A DNA stretch of 64,000 bases, from assembly GCA_965231215.1 (NCBI GenBank), contig OZ246423.1, positions 320,001-384,000 on the forward strand. Reading direction: 5' to 3'. Both the position numbers and the translations under genes were made by a program. Shown here piece after piece: positions 8,301 to 17,027 of the stretch. The notes below the pieces were generated by a model. The model had not been told where the DNA came from. It did no database searches and saw only the letters and a program-made list of their open reading frames with translations. Within the stretch, counting starts at the first letter, position 1; each line of letters starts with the position of its first letter. The DNA is from Candidatus Altimarinota bacterium. GTDB taxonomy: Bacteria; Patescibacteriota; Gracilibacteria; UBA4473.

Positions 8301-10301
8301 ATGAAGAAAAAAAGAAAAATTTCCATAAAATACACCAAGGCAAGAACGATTTTATCTGATGTTTTGCCTTATGAAATTCCTGTAATTTTTTCCAACAGAC
8401 ATTTCTATCGTTTTCTAAATAATTTTGAGCCGAACATTTCAAAAAAGTTGGTATCAATAGAAAAAAACAAAGAAAACAAAGTAGCTGCTGAATTAGCAAA
8501 TCTTATTTTTGGTGAAGATCATACAACTATTCCTTTTCTCTATAATATTACGCATAAAGGGGATGATTTCCGACAATTAACGCTGATTCACCCAAGAAAC
8601 CAAGTCGCTGTGATTGATTTTTACGAAGAATATAAAGACCTTCTTCTCTACTATTGCTCAATAAGCCCTTTTTCTATTAGATATCCAGAAAGAGTTGCTA
8701 AACTAACTTATTTTAGAGATAAGGTTCATCAAGAAAACCTTTCTACTGAACATGAACACGAACTTCTTGAAGAAAGGAATCGAGAATATGAAAATCTAAA
8801 AACTTTTTTTGTATACAAGAACTACAGCAATATTCACAGATTTTACGAATCATTTAAATATCATAGGTGTGAAAAAAAATATAATCGTCTTGTTAAATTT
8901 GATATACAAAAGTGTTTTGAAAGTATTTATACACATTCAATCTGTTGGGCAACTTTAAATAAAAAAATAGTAAAAGATAACCTAGGAAATAATAAAACGG
9001 AAAATACATTTGGAGGTAAATTTGATAGGTTAATGCAAAATTTAAATTACTCTGAAACAAATGGTATCGTTATTGGACCAGAGTTTTCCAGGATATTTTC
9101 AGAAATAATTCTTCAAAAAATAGATAAAGATGTATTAGCCGCACTTGAAGAGTCTACCAATCTAAAACATAAAGTTGATTTTGAAATATTTCGTTACGTT
9201 GATGATTACTTTCTTTTTTACAATAAAGAAGAAGATAGAGAGATAATTATGACAATATTTAAGCTGAATCTGAAAGAATATAAACTTCAGATTAGCAGAG
9301 AGAAGACTGAGATCTACGATAAACCAATTATTACATTGATCACTATAGCAAAACAGCAAATTAGGGATTTATTAAATGAATATCTTTCTTTTTCCTTAGA
9401 TGAAAAAGATGATCCAAATAAAAAAATATCCATATATGTAAGTTCAAATGCTCTTATTACTAAATTCAAAACAATACTAAAGCAAACAGAAGTTGAATAT
9501 AAAGACATTTTGAATTACACGCTGGCTATTATAGACCGTAAAATCGTTAAGATTTTGAAAGATTTTAAAGAAAATAAATTTGAAGAAAAAAAGTTAATAA
9601 ATGCTTTGTTTGAGATTCTTGAATTTACATTTTTTGTTTACTCTGTTTTCCCTAAAGTAAATACCACAGTTAAGTTATGCCACATTTTAAGCAAAATAAC
9701 AAACTTCATAAGTAAGAATCCTAAGAAAATTAATATTGATCATGCGCACCTCTTGAAAAAAAAGATATTTGATGAAGCTTATTTGGTCTTAAAAAAGAAT
9801 AAAACTAAATCACATATTCAAATCGAAACGCTTTATTTATTGATTGTTTTACAAGAGCTCGGAAAAGAATATCTCTTAGATCAAGAAGTTTTACGAGATT
9901 ACTTCAATCCAGATCAAAAAAAGAATTGGGAAGAGGTTGATTTAGAATATTTTTCAATAGTCGTTTTACTTTTCTACATTAAAAACAAAAAGAGGTATGA
10001 AGACCTAAAGAATCAATTAAGAGTTATCATTTTAGAAAAATTTAAGAAATCTAATGTGACAGATAGACACAAAAAATCAGAACTAGTATTACTGCTTTTA
10101 GATCTCCTTAGTTGTCCATACTTAGAGGAATCGTTTAAAAAAGAATTATTAGAACTTAGAAAAATAACGAATAATCAAACAAAAGAGCAAATAATCGCTT
10201 GGGGAAAGAAAGAAAAAGAGAATAGATATTGGTTTGTGAAATGGGAAGGATTTAACTTAGAAAAAGAATTAGATGCAAAGAAAGGTCAGGAAGTTTACTA
10301 A
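8301..10301 (+). CDS. drt3b: Defence-associated reverse transcriptase Drt3b (UG8)
   Basis: LSDVLPYEIPVIFSN, KFDIQKCFESIYTHSICWA, ETNGIVIGPEFSRIFSE, FRYVDDY, long helical C-terminus. Confidence 0.9.
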   Translation: MKKKRKISIKYTKARTILSDVLPYEIPVIFSNRHFYRFLNNFEPNISKKLVSIEKNKENKVAAELANLIFGEDHTTIPFLYNITHKGDDFRQLTLIHPRNQVAVIDFYEEYKDLLLYYCSISPFSIRYPERVAKLTYFRDKVHQENLSTEHEHELLEERNREYENLKTFFVYKNYSNIHRFYESFKYHRCEKKYNRLVKFDIQKCFESIYTHSICWATLNKKIVKDNLGNNKTENTFGGKFDRLMQNLNYSETNGIVIGPEFSRIFSEIILQKIDKDVLAALEESTNLKHKVDFEIFRYVDDYFLFYNKEEDREIIMTIFKLNLKEYKLQISREKTEIYDKPIITLITIAKQQIRDLLNEYLSFSLDEKDDPNKKISIYVSSNALITKFKTILKQTEVEYKDILNYTLAIIDRKIVKILKDFKENKFEEKKLINALFEILEFTFFVYSVFPKVNTTVKLCHILSKITNFISKNPKKINIDHAHLLKKKIFDEAYLVLKKNKTKSHIQIETLYLLIVLQELGKEYLLDQEVLRDYFNPDQKKNWEEVDLEYFSIVVLLFYIKNKKRYEDLKNQLRVIILEKFKKSNVTDRHKKSELVLLLLDLLSCPYLEESFKKELLELRKITNNQTKEQIIAWGKKEKENRYWFVKWEGFNLEKELDAKKGQEVY

Positions 10302-10304
10302 ATA

Positions 10305-10437
10305 AGATATTGGAATATAATAGGTTTGTTCGACTCCGTCTAAACTCCAATTCACACACAAGTCGACGTTTCCTTCTTTTGTTTAAAACAATGAAAGATT
10401 GAACAATAAAGTAGCAGGGACGGGCTACTTTTTTTTG
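10305..10437 (+). ncRNA. Candidate DRT3 non-coding RNA with CACACACA template tract (ends approximate)
   Basis: Lies directly after drt3b. CACACACA at 10353-10360; complementary segments ATTGGA/TCCAAT and TCGACT/AGTCGA; hairpin 10375-10398; ends in a terminator. Confidence 0.75.
10408..10436 (+). terminator. Intrinsic terminator closing the DRT3 locus
   Basis: AAAGTAGC-N8-GCTACTTT stem running into a T8 tract (10429-10436). Confidence 0.8.
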
Positions 10438-10566
10438 TAAAATTTTTTTTTGGGAATAAGAAAAATATCACAATGTAATTTCCACTTAGTGCCCCTTCGT
10501 CCTAGGTACACGGGTCTGTCTGCCTTCTTTTCCGCCGATCCAATCCCACAAAGCATACAGAAAAAA

Positions 10567-10650
10567 CGGGTCTAGAACCCTTAGAATATTTCTGTACGTG
10601 GATCACTATGATGCATAGTGTACGTAATGGCTGACTACTCGGGTCTAGAA
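10567..10650. repeat. 11-bp direct repeat CGGGTCTAGAA flanking a long hairpin
   Basis: Copies at 10567-10577 and 10640-10650; partial CGGGTCT at 10511; hairpin 10595-10626. Confidence 0.7.
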
Positions 10651-10691
10651 ACAAAAATGAGACAAATAAGACAGTATAAAAAAGGAGTGTC

Positions 10692-10910
10692 TCAAACGTG
10701 GAATCGTTTATCAGTCTTAGATTTTTCCAGTCTGCGTTTCTGAAATTCTCTTACCGCTTCTTCGGGAAAGATCCAACCCGCTGAAGTTCTTTGGGCTGGA
10801 ATAAGTTTATCGCTTATAATACGTTGGATAAAACTACGCGAGACGTTCAGGATTCGCTGAACATCTTTTGAACCAACCAGTTTTACGCCATTAAAATAAT
10901 CTTTCTCCAT
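10692..10910 (-). CDS. Small HTH DNA-binding protein (excisionase/MerR-like HTH_17)
   Basis: SKDVQRILNVSRSFIQRII..GWIF pattern, 72 aa. Confidence 0.75.
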   Translation of the reverse strand: MEKDYFNGVKLVGSKDVQRILNVSRSFIQRIISDKLIPAQRTSAGWIFPEEAVREFQKRRLEKSKTDKRFHV

Positions 10911-10951
10911 ACGATGGTTTTTGTCTTGCCATTGTATGTTGAATCTGGCTT

Positions 10952-10994
10952 AATATCAGTGTGCAATTGCATACTAATTTTATAACCTGATATT
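10952..10994. promoter_or_regulatory. Palindromic operator candidate between divergent genes
   Basis: AGTGTGCAATTGCATACT (10958-10975, one mismatched pair) plus outer inverted repeat AATATCAG (10952-10959) / CTGATATT (10987-10994). Confidence 0.5.
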
Positions 10995-10999
10995 TTCTC

Positions 11000-12064
11000 A
11001 TGAATAACAAAGAAAAACCGAAATCAAAAACGAGAATATGGCGCTGGATTGGCCTCTATATCATCATTTCATTTCTGGCAGGACTAACCATCGCCTTACC
11101 ACCAGTCGGAGGTCTTTTGAGTATTTGGTTTATCTGGAGTTGGAATAAGCAAGATAAAAAGACTAAAGAATTGATAGGTAATATTAAATCACACCCTTGG
11201 CGTATAGCCTTTACGGTTTTAGTGGCTTTAGCCATGTTTGCAAAATCCAGCTCAATGTTACTTGGGACTTTAGTGATACTTTTACTAATTTGGCTGTTTC
11301 CAAATACAGAAAAAGAAACTTTGGTAGAAAGATTAAAAGGCTTCAAATCACATAAAGTAAAAACAGGAGTGTCCACCTTCTTGCTACTAGTAGGAGGAGT
11401 AATGACCATCGGTCTTCATAGCTCAGAAAAACTGATCCAAGAGCAGAAAGAATTTATTGAGTCATATCCAACCCCTGTAATCCAAGTAGAGAGCATTCCC
11501 CATCAAGGAGCGAATACTGAGTATGATCTGACTTTTACGGTAAAAGATACAGAAAGCGTTAGGATCAATGGAAAACCGATAGAAGTTCTTGAAGGAAATA
11601 TTGACTATAAAGTGTCTCTAAACCAACCGACAACGAACTTAAAGATCGAAGCTAAAAATCAGCATAAGCAGGCAACAAAAGATATTATTATCCAAAGAGA
11701 TAAAACCGAAGCTGAATTAATAGCTGAGGAAGAAGAAAGAAAAAGACAAGCTGAACTGGCTAAACAAAAAGCGGAAGCCGAAAGGCTCGTAGAACTAAAC
11801 AGCGTCAGTGATTCTGAAGCTTACGTCATGGCCCAAGGTTTTGTGAAGGCTATGCTGAAGTCTCCTAAAACAGCTGATTTCCCCTTTCTAGATTACAGTC
11901 ATAGAAACTTAGGCGATGGGAAATGGATTATTCAATCTTATGTGGATTCACAAAACGGTTTCGGAGCGATGATACGAACTCAATATCAAGTAGAGATGCA
12001 ATTTAACGGCGGTGATTGGGCAGAACAAAGAAATTGGACTCTACTAGATATATCCACTCAGTAG
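11000..12064 (+). CDS. Membrane protein with Ig-like, coiled-coil and C-terminal extracellular domains
   Basis: Several N-terminal TM helices, beta-rich segment, EEEERKRQAE coil, LKSPKTADF..VDSQNGFGAMIR domain common in prophage lipoproteins. Confidence 0.6.
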   Translation: MNNKEKPKSKTRIWRWIGLYIIISFLAGLTIALPPVGGLLSIWFIWSWNKQDKKTKELIGNIKSHPWRIAFTVLVALAMFAKSSSMLLGTLVILLLIWLFPNTEKETLVERLKGFKSHKVKTGVSTFLLLVGGVMTIGLHSSEKLIQEQKEFIESYPTPVIQVESIPHQGANTEYDLTFTVKDTESVRINGKPIEVLEGNIDYKVSLNQPTTNLKIEAKNQHKQATKDIIIQRDKTEAELIAEEEERKRQAELAKQKAEAERLVELNSVSDSEAYVMAQGFVKAMLKSPKTADFPFLDYSHRNLGDGKWIIQSYVDSQNGFGAMIRTQYQVEMQFNGGDWAEQRNWTLLDISTQ

Positions 12065-12073
12065 AAAATTTAA

Positions 12074-12113
12074 TTGACACAAATCTCCAATACCTATACC
12101 CTAGGTATAGGTA
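12074..12113 (+). promoter_or_regulatory. Sigma70 promoter overlapped by a CsoR-type operator
   Basis: TTGACA 12074-12079, 17 bp, TACCCT; perfect inverted repeat TACCTATACC-CTA-GGTATAGGTA 12091-12113 upstream of csoR. Confidence 0.75.
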
Positions 12114-12125
12114 TAAAAAATTGTC

Positions 12126-12407
12126 ATGATTATTCCAGAATATAAGAAGCAACTACAAACAGCCCTTAAAAAGGTGCAAGGAACTTTGACAAAAGTGGAT
12201 AAAATGGTTGAATCTGAAGAATACTGCCCAAAAACAGTCCAAATGATTAGTGCCGCCGAAGGTTTACTTCGAGGAGCAAAGCTTAAGATACTTGAAAACC
12301 ACCTGCAAACCTGTGGACATAAGAAAATGGCTTCAGCAAATGAAGAAGATCGGGCTGATTTTGCTAAAGAGCTCATTAAAATTTTAGATGTCTCATCTCG
12401 TAAATAA
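12126..12407 (+). CDS. csoR: CsoR/RcnR metal-sensing repressor
   Basis: LKKVQG..EEYC..Q...LENHLQTC (C..H..C fingerprint). Confidence 0.85.
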   Translation: MIIPEYKKQLQTALKKVQGTLTKVDKMVESEEYCPKTVQMISAAEGLLRGAKLKILENHLQTCGHKKMASANEEDRADFAKELIKILDVSSRK

Positions 12408-12408
12408 A

Positions 12409-12954
12409 ATGGAACATAATCACCACCATCACGATCTCCCTGAAAAAAGCCTAAAAACTTACTGGCCACTCATTTTGGTCTTGCTTTTTGTAATTGGTGG
12501 AACGCTTCACTTTGGCTGGCTTCGAGGTGATTACAATCTGTGGATGACGGATTTTAGTGATTCATTTGATCCCCGAAATTGGATGACTGATTTTATGGGA
12601 CTGTTTTTCTTGTTTTTTGCTTTTTTCAAACTGCTAGATGTAAAAGCATTTGCAGATGCCTATCGAAGTTACGATATCCCGACTAAACTTTGGCCAACTT
12701 GGGGTTACATTTACCCCTTTGTTGAACTTGCTTTTGCTATGCTCCTGCTTCACAGAATTGAATTATTTTGGACAAACATCGCCATTGTCATCGTACTCAG
12801 TGTGAGCATTATTGGCGTGATTCAAAGTGTTATGAAGAAACGTAAAATTCAATGTGCCTGTCTTGGAACAGGGTTCAATCTGCCAATGAGTCAGGTAACT
12901 ATTATTGAAGATGGAGCTATGATTCTCATGGCCGTACTTATGCTCGTCCTATAG
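12409..12954 (+). CDS. MauE/DoxX-like membrane protein, heavy-metal associated
   Basis: His-rich N-terminus, FFKLLDVKAFADAYRSYD, YPFVEL, IQCACLG, IIED. Confidence 0.8.
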   Translation: MEHNHHHHDLPEKSLKTYWPLILVLLFVIGGTLHFGWLRGDYNLWMTDFSDSFDPRNWMTDFMGLFFLFFAFFKLLDVKAFADAYRSYDIPTKLWPTWGYIYPFVELAFAMLLLHRIELFWTNIAIVIVLSVSIIGVIQSVMKKRKIQCACLGTGFNLPMSQVTIIEDGAMILMAVLMLVL

Positions 12955-12992
12955 ACATAAACCTAAGAAACCTTTATTCTTCTAATCGAAAG

Positions 12993-13382
12993 ATGAAAAC
13001 AATTTTAGCCCTAACCGCTCTCTCCTCGAAGCTCACCATGCTTCTGTGTGTGAGTTGTATGGGGTTATTTAGTGTTGTTCAAGATTCTTTCGCGGCCGAT
13101 ATGCCACCTTGTCATCAAGAAGTAGTACAAGAAGATGAAGCCAAAGAACCTTGTGAAGTGTGTGAAACGGCTCTTGAAGCGTGGGAAGAAAATGCAGTGG
13201 CTACTTCTGATATTCAGACGGTCAAAGTTACAGAACTCACTTTTGTAACCGATAATGTTCTTGAAAATTTTGTACTAGAACTAAAACCTTTAGAAGGTGT
13301 TTACCAAGCTTATTATCCTCCGCCACAAGTTTTATTGAAGGCGGTTACTCCAAATACCAAGACCATAGTGTTGTTGTCTTAG
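12993..13382 (+). CDS. Hypothetical Cys/His-motif protein
   Basis: N-terminal hydrophobic segment, MPPCH, CEVC, C-terminal YPPP; sits in the metal cluster. Confidence 0.55.
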   Translation: MKTILALTALSSKLTMLLCVSCMGLFSVVQDSFAADMPPCHQEVVQEDEAKEPCEVCETALEAWEENAVATSDIQTVKVTELTFVTDNVLENFVLELKPLEGVYQAYYPPPQVLLKAVTPNTKTIVLLS

Positions 13383-13391
13383 TTTTTTTCC

Positions 13392-13427
13392 CTCTTACGA
13401 TCTTTTTTGATTCGTAAGAGTATTTTT
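13392..13427 (+). terminator. Hairpin, terminator or attenuator within the metal cluster
   Basis: CTCTTACGA (13392-13400) / TCGTAAGAG (13412-13420) followed by TATTTTT. Confidence 0.5.
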
Positions 13428-13494
13428 GTGTCTGAAAGTATGTTTCTTTCAGTCTTTCTTTTATTTGTTTATTTATTTTTAATTATAAAATTTC

Positions 13495-13884
13495 ATGAAA
13501 AAATCACTTATCGCTTTCGTTCTCCTTACTTCTTTAACACTTGTTGGTTGTGGACAAAAACCAATGACTGATGCAGATATGGCCGCTAAGTATGGACTCT
13601 CCCTTGAAGAGTACCAAGAACAAAAAGAAGCCGCTGCTCGAATGAATATGAGCATTGAAGATCATCTAAACATGGGACACGGAGGTGATCATGGAAGCAC
13701 AGACCAAGAAGATGTGCCAGAGGGATATCACATGATGCCTGATGGAACCATGATGAAAAACGAAGATATGAATCATGATATGGATGAAAAGTCAGATTCA
13801 GACATGGATTCACATGAAAAAGCCGCTGCTGATATGGGAATGACTCTCGAAGAACATGAAGCCGCTGGACACCCTGGTCACTAA
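13495..13884 (+). CDS. His/Met-rich lipoprotein, putative Cu/Ag chaperone
   Basis: Lipobox LVGC; YHMMPDGTMM; repeated AAxxxx(S/T)(L/I)Ex units. Confidence 0.7.
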   Translation: MKKSLIAFVLLTSLTLVGCGQKPMTDADMAAKYGLSLEEYQEQKEAAARMNMSIEDHLNMGHGGDHGSTDQEDVPEGYHMMPDGTMMKNEDMNHDMDEKSDSDMDSHEKAAADMGMTLEEHEAAGHPGH

Positions 13885-13895
13885 ACTGCTTAATT

Positions 13896-15608
13896 ATGAA
13901 AAAATTAATATACCAAAAACGATATTTAATCCTTGGGGTTCTGGGGATAATAGTTTTAGTAGGACTTGGTAGTTGGTATTTCAACTCAAATGATTCTTCC
14001 AAAAATACTTTCTCTAAAAAAGAGAATGTTTGGGAAACGGTTGAAGTAAAAAACGCCAAAGATTTTTCTTCAATTAAAATCCCTGCCAAAGCTAAATCGA
14101 ATCAATTTGCCGTTATTTCTCCAAGGAGAACTGGAATTATTCAAGATTTATTGGTGGATATAGGCGATGAAGTCTATAAAGGGCAAACTATCGGATCAAT
14201 GCTCCCAGAGGGAGTAGAAGGGCAAAGTTCTGCTGCTATTAATGAAGCAAGTGCTAGACTTCAAAAAGCACGAGCCGAACTTGCCAACTCTAAGGGAGTG
14301 GCTGTTGATGCTGTTTCTGTCGCCACTAAACAATGGAGGGAAAGCAACCTACAATCAACAACTCAATCAAACTTAGGAGCAGAAACTCAAAAACAACTAG
14401 CCGAAAAGAAATCCGAAGCCATTTTAGTAGCGACTCAGGCCTGGGAAAACACAAAGCTGGTACTCTTTGGTAATGGAGCGAATAGAGGGTCTCGTGACGT
14501 TCGTGGTAACTTCTCGGACTCAATACAAGAGACGAAAGTAGAAAACCTAGCGAATGAAATACAGCGCATGGAAGAATCTGGTCAGTGGAATAATCCTGAT
14601 CGGATTGTGGAACACCTATCGCATCTTGAGAGCTTTCTGGTTCAGGCAGAAACTTTGTATAAAAATGCTCGAGAAGGCAGTGGGGTTACCGCTTCTCAAA
14701 TCAGTAGTAATCTAAGTACTATTCAGGCTCAACAGCTCCGAGTTACACAAGTGAAGCAATCAATTTTAGCTCTAGAAGAAAAAAGTCAGCGTTTTTCCTC
14801 AGTTCAAGCCGAGCGTGAAGCTGGAGCAGAACGATCTCGTGAAGTGTTGGACTTAGTACAGTCACAGCAAGACTTGAGCATTACCCAAGCGGAAAAGAAT
14901 GTAGAAGTCGCTTTAGCGAATTACAATGCAGCTCTAGTGAAAGCTGGACATCAATCTATCACTTCGCCTTTTAGTGGAGTTATTACGGCTCGAATGACTG
15001 AAGTAGGGCAAGCCGTTACGATTAATATGCCACTCTTTTATCTTGAAGGAGCTCAAACTGCTAGAAGTCAGGAAGCTTTATCTGAAATTCATTTCAGCTT
15101 ACCTGAGTCATGGCGAAAAAAAGTTTCTGTTGGAGACATGGTCACACTCAAAACCGTTGAAGGAGAGTCTTTCGAAGGAACTATTTTTCGTCTTAGTGAA
15201 CATATCAACTTAGAAAGCAATAGCATTATGGCTACCGCTACGGCTTTTGAAAAAACCTATGAAGAAGTTGTTATCGAAGACGAAACTGAAGAAGAAACAT
15301 CTACGGAGGAATCGCAAGAAAAAGAAATGAAGGAGATTGTAACTCCAGTGGATTTTGAACACGGACAAAGTTTGTTTGTCTATGTGACGGCTTCTGACAG
15401 TAATATCTTTACGGTTCCAACTTTGGCTTTGAAAAAACGAAGTAACAATTACTTCCTTTGGAAAATGGAGGAAGAAAATCCTATTCAACTTGAGGTTGAA
15501 ATAATGGCTGAAGACGGAGAATTCTCTCAAGTCTTCACCAAACAATTAAAAACAGGTGATTCTATTATTAGCAATCCATCGGTTTCTTTATTTAAACAAT
15601 CATCATGA
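13896..15608 (+). CDS. RND membrane-fusion (adaptor) protein
   Basis: N-terminal TM, lipoyl-like halves (ISPRRTGII..VDIGDEV; ITSPFSGVI), long coiled coil, VPTLAL. Confidence 0.8.
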   Translation: MKKLIYQKRYLILGVLGIIVLVGLGSWYFNSNDSSKNTFSKKENVWETVEVKNAKDFSSIKIPAKAKSNQFAVISPRRTGIIQDLLVDIGDEVYKGQTIGSMLPEGVEGQSSAAINEASARLQKARAELANSKGVAVDAVSVATKQWRESNLQSTTQSNLGAETQKQLAEKKSEAILVATQAWENTKLVLFGNGANRGSRDVRGNFSDSIQETKVENLANEIQRMEESGQWNNPDRIVEHLSHLESFLVQAETLYKNAREGSGVTASQISSNLSTIQAQQLRVTQVKQSILALEEKSQRFSSVQAEREAGAERSREVLDLVQSQQDLSITQAEKNVEVALANYNAALVKAGHQSITSPFSGVITARMTEVGQAVTINMPLFYLEGAQTARSQEALSEIHFSLPESWRKKVSVGDMVTLKTVEGESFEGTIFRLSEHINLESNSIMATATAFEKTYEEVVIEDETEEETSTEESQEKEMKEIVTPVDFEHGQSLFVYVTASDSNIFTVPTLALKKRSNNYFLWKMEEENPIQLEVEIMAEDGEFSQVFTKQLKTGDSIISNPSVSLFKQSS

Positions 15609-16111
15609 AAAAATTACTATTATTACTTATTCTTACCGCTGTATTCATCACTGGATGTAGCCAGCAAAAAACCACGTCCACCCAAGAACTTGGGGGACAA
15701 ATTCAAGCTCAAGATGGTTTACTCTACGACTTTGGCAGTATCGACATCAATGGAGGGATTGTTTCTAAAACTTTCCAATTCAAAAATACAGACACCAAAC
15801 CTTTAGCCATTTATGAAGCTACAACTTCTTGTGGGTGTACTATGGGAGAAATCAAAGTTGGAGCAAAAACTTATGGGCCGTTTGGAATGCACAACCAAAC
15901 CAAGCAGACCATTGAAGTGCCCGCTCAAAGTGACTTCAGTGTCACTATTTCTTACGATCCCTTATTTCATGGGCCAACTGATTTAGGGGAAAGACAAAGA
16001 ACATTGTTCCTCTTTTCTAGTGCTGAAGTCGATGGAAAAGTTGTCAGAAATTACCAAGGAAAACCAAATTTCACCGAAATCAGTGTTCGGGGGAATGTGA
16101 TTAAAAACTAA
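15605..16111 (+). CDS. DUF1573-like Ig-fold lipoprotein
   Basis: Lipobox ITGC; YDFGSI..FKN..TTSCGCT; GMH and FHGP motifs. Confidence 0.75.
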   Translation: MKKLLLLLILTAVFITGCSQQKTTSTQELGGQIQAQDGLLYDFGSIDINGGIVSKTFQFKNTDTKPLAIYEATTSCGCTMGEIKVGAKTYGPFGMHNQTKQTIEVPAQSDFSVTISYDPLFHGPTDLGERQRTLFLFSSAEVDGKVVRNYQGKPNFTEISVRGNVIKN

Positions 16112-16138
16112 ATATTCTACATTTCTAATTTTAAACCT

Positions 16139-17017
16139 ATGTCATCTTGTTCACACCATCATCATAGTCACGAAACTAAAAACTTAGGCCTGGTATTTCT
16201 GCTCAATTTTGGTTTTGCGATTCTTGAATTTATTGGTGGAATACTAAGCCAAAGCACAGCGCTGCTTTCTGACGCTATCCACGATATGGGTGACGCTTTA
16301 GCCATTGCCCTTGCTTGGATATTTGCCAAGGTTGGACAGCGAGGACGAAGCCAAAAGTTTTCTTATGGTTATAAGCGATTTTCTCTATTAAGTGCGTTAA
16401 TTGCCAGCCTGATTTTAGTTTTTGGGGCAATAGCCATGATTGTTTTAGCTGTTAGTAGGTTGCAAGCCCCGGTCGAGGTTCATAGCGACTTAATGATTCT
16501 GTTCGCTATTCTGGGAGTAGCGGTTAATGGCTTTGCTGTTCTAAAAATGAGGTCTGGTAAAACCCTTAACGAACAGGTTATTTCATTTCATCTACTTGAA
16601 GATTTACTGAGTTGGGTAGCTGTATTGATTGGCGCGGTCGTTATTTATTTCACAGACTGGTATTGGCTTGATCCAGTGATGGCAATTGGAATTTCTCTGT
16701 GGATTTTTGTACATGGACTGCAAAAAGGAAGCCAAGCAGCTCAATTGTTTTTACAATCCGTCCCTAACGGTGTTGATCAAGCCGTATTATTAAAGGCTCT
16801 GAAAAAGATTCCTCAAGTACAAGAAATTCACGATTTACATCTGTGGTCGCTAGATGGAGAATCAAATATAGGTTCGTGTCACATAGTGATCAACAAAAAT
16901 ACAGATGCTGAGCTTTTAAAGCAGAAAATCAGAATGTGTTTTGCTCATAACAATGTTCAACACGTGACTATCGAACTAGAAACTCCAGAGGAAGAATGTC
17001 CTCACCAAAAATGCTAA
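16139..17017 (+). CDS. czcD: Cation diffusion facilitator (CzcD/ZitB-like)
   Basis: ALLSDAIHDMGD, HLLED, HDLHLWSL, HVTIELE; His-rich N-terminus. Confidence 0.88.
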   Translation: MSSCSHHHHSHETKNLGLVFLLNFGFAILEFIGGILSQSTALLSDAIHDMGDALAIALAWIFAKVGQRGRSQKFSYGYKRFSLLSALIASLILVFGAIAMIVLAVSRLQAPVEVHSDLMILFAILGVAVNGFAVLKMRSGKTLNEQVISFHLLEDLLSWVAVLIGAVVIYFTDWYWLDPVMAIGISLWIFVHGLQKGSQAAQLFLQSVPNGVDQAVLLKALKKIPQVQEIHDLHLWSLDGESNIGSCHIVINKNTDAELLKQKIRMCFAHNNVQHVTIELETPEEECPHQKC

Positions 17018-17027
17018 AGAATAAATT

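Noticed and set aside
6962-10301. Retron, group II intron or DGR interpretation of the RTs
   Set aside because: No upstream msr-msd space, no maturase or intron context, no TR/VR repeat; the tandem RT layout and N-terminal motifs fit DRT3.
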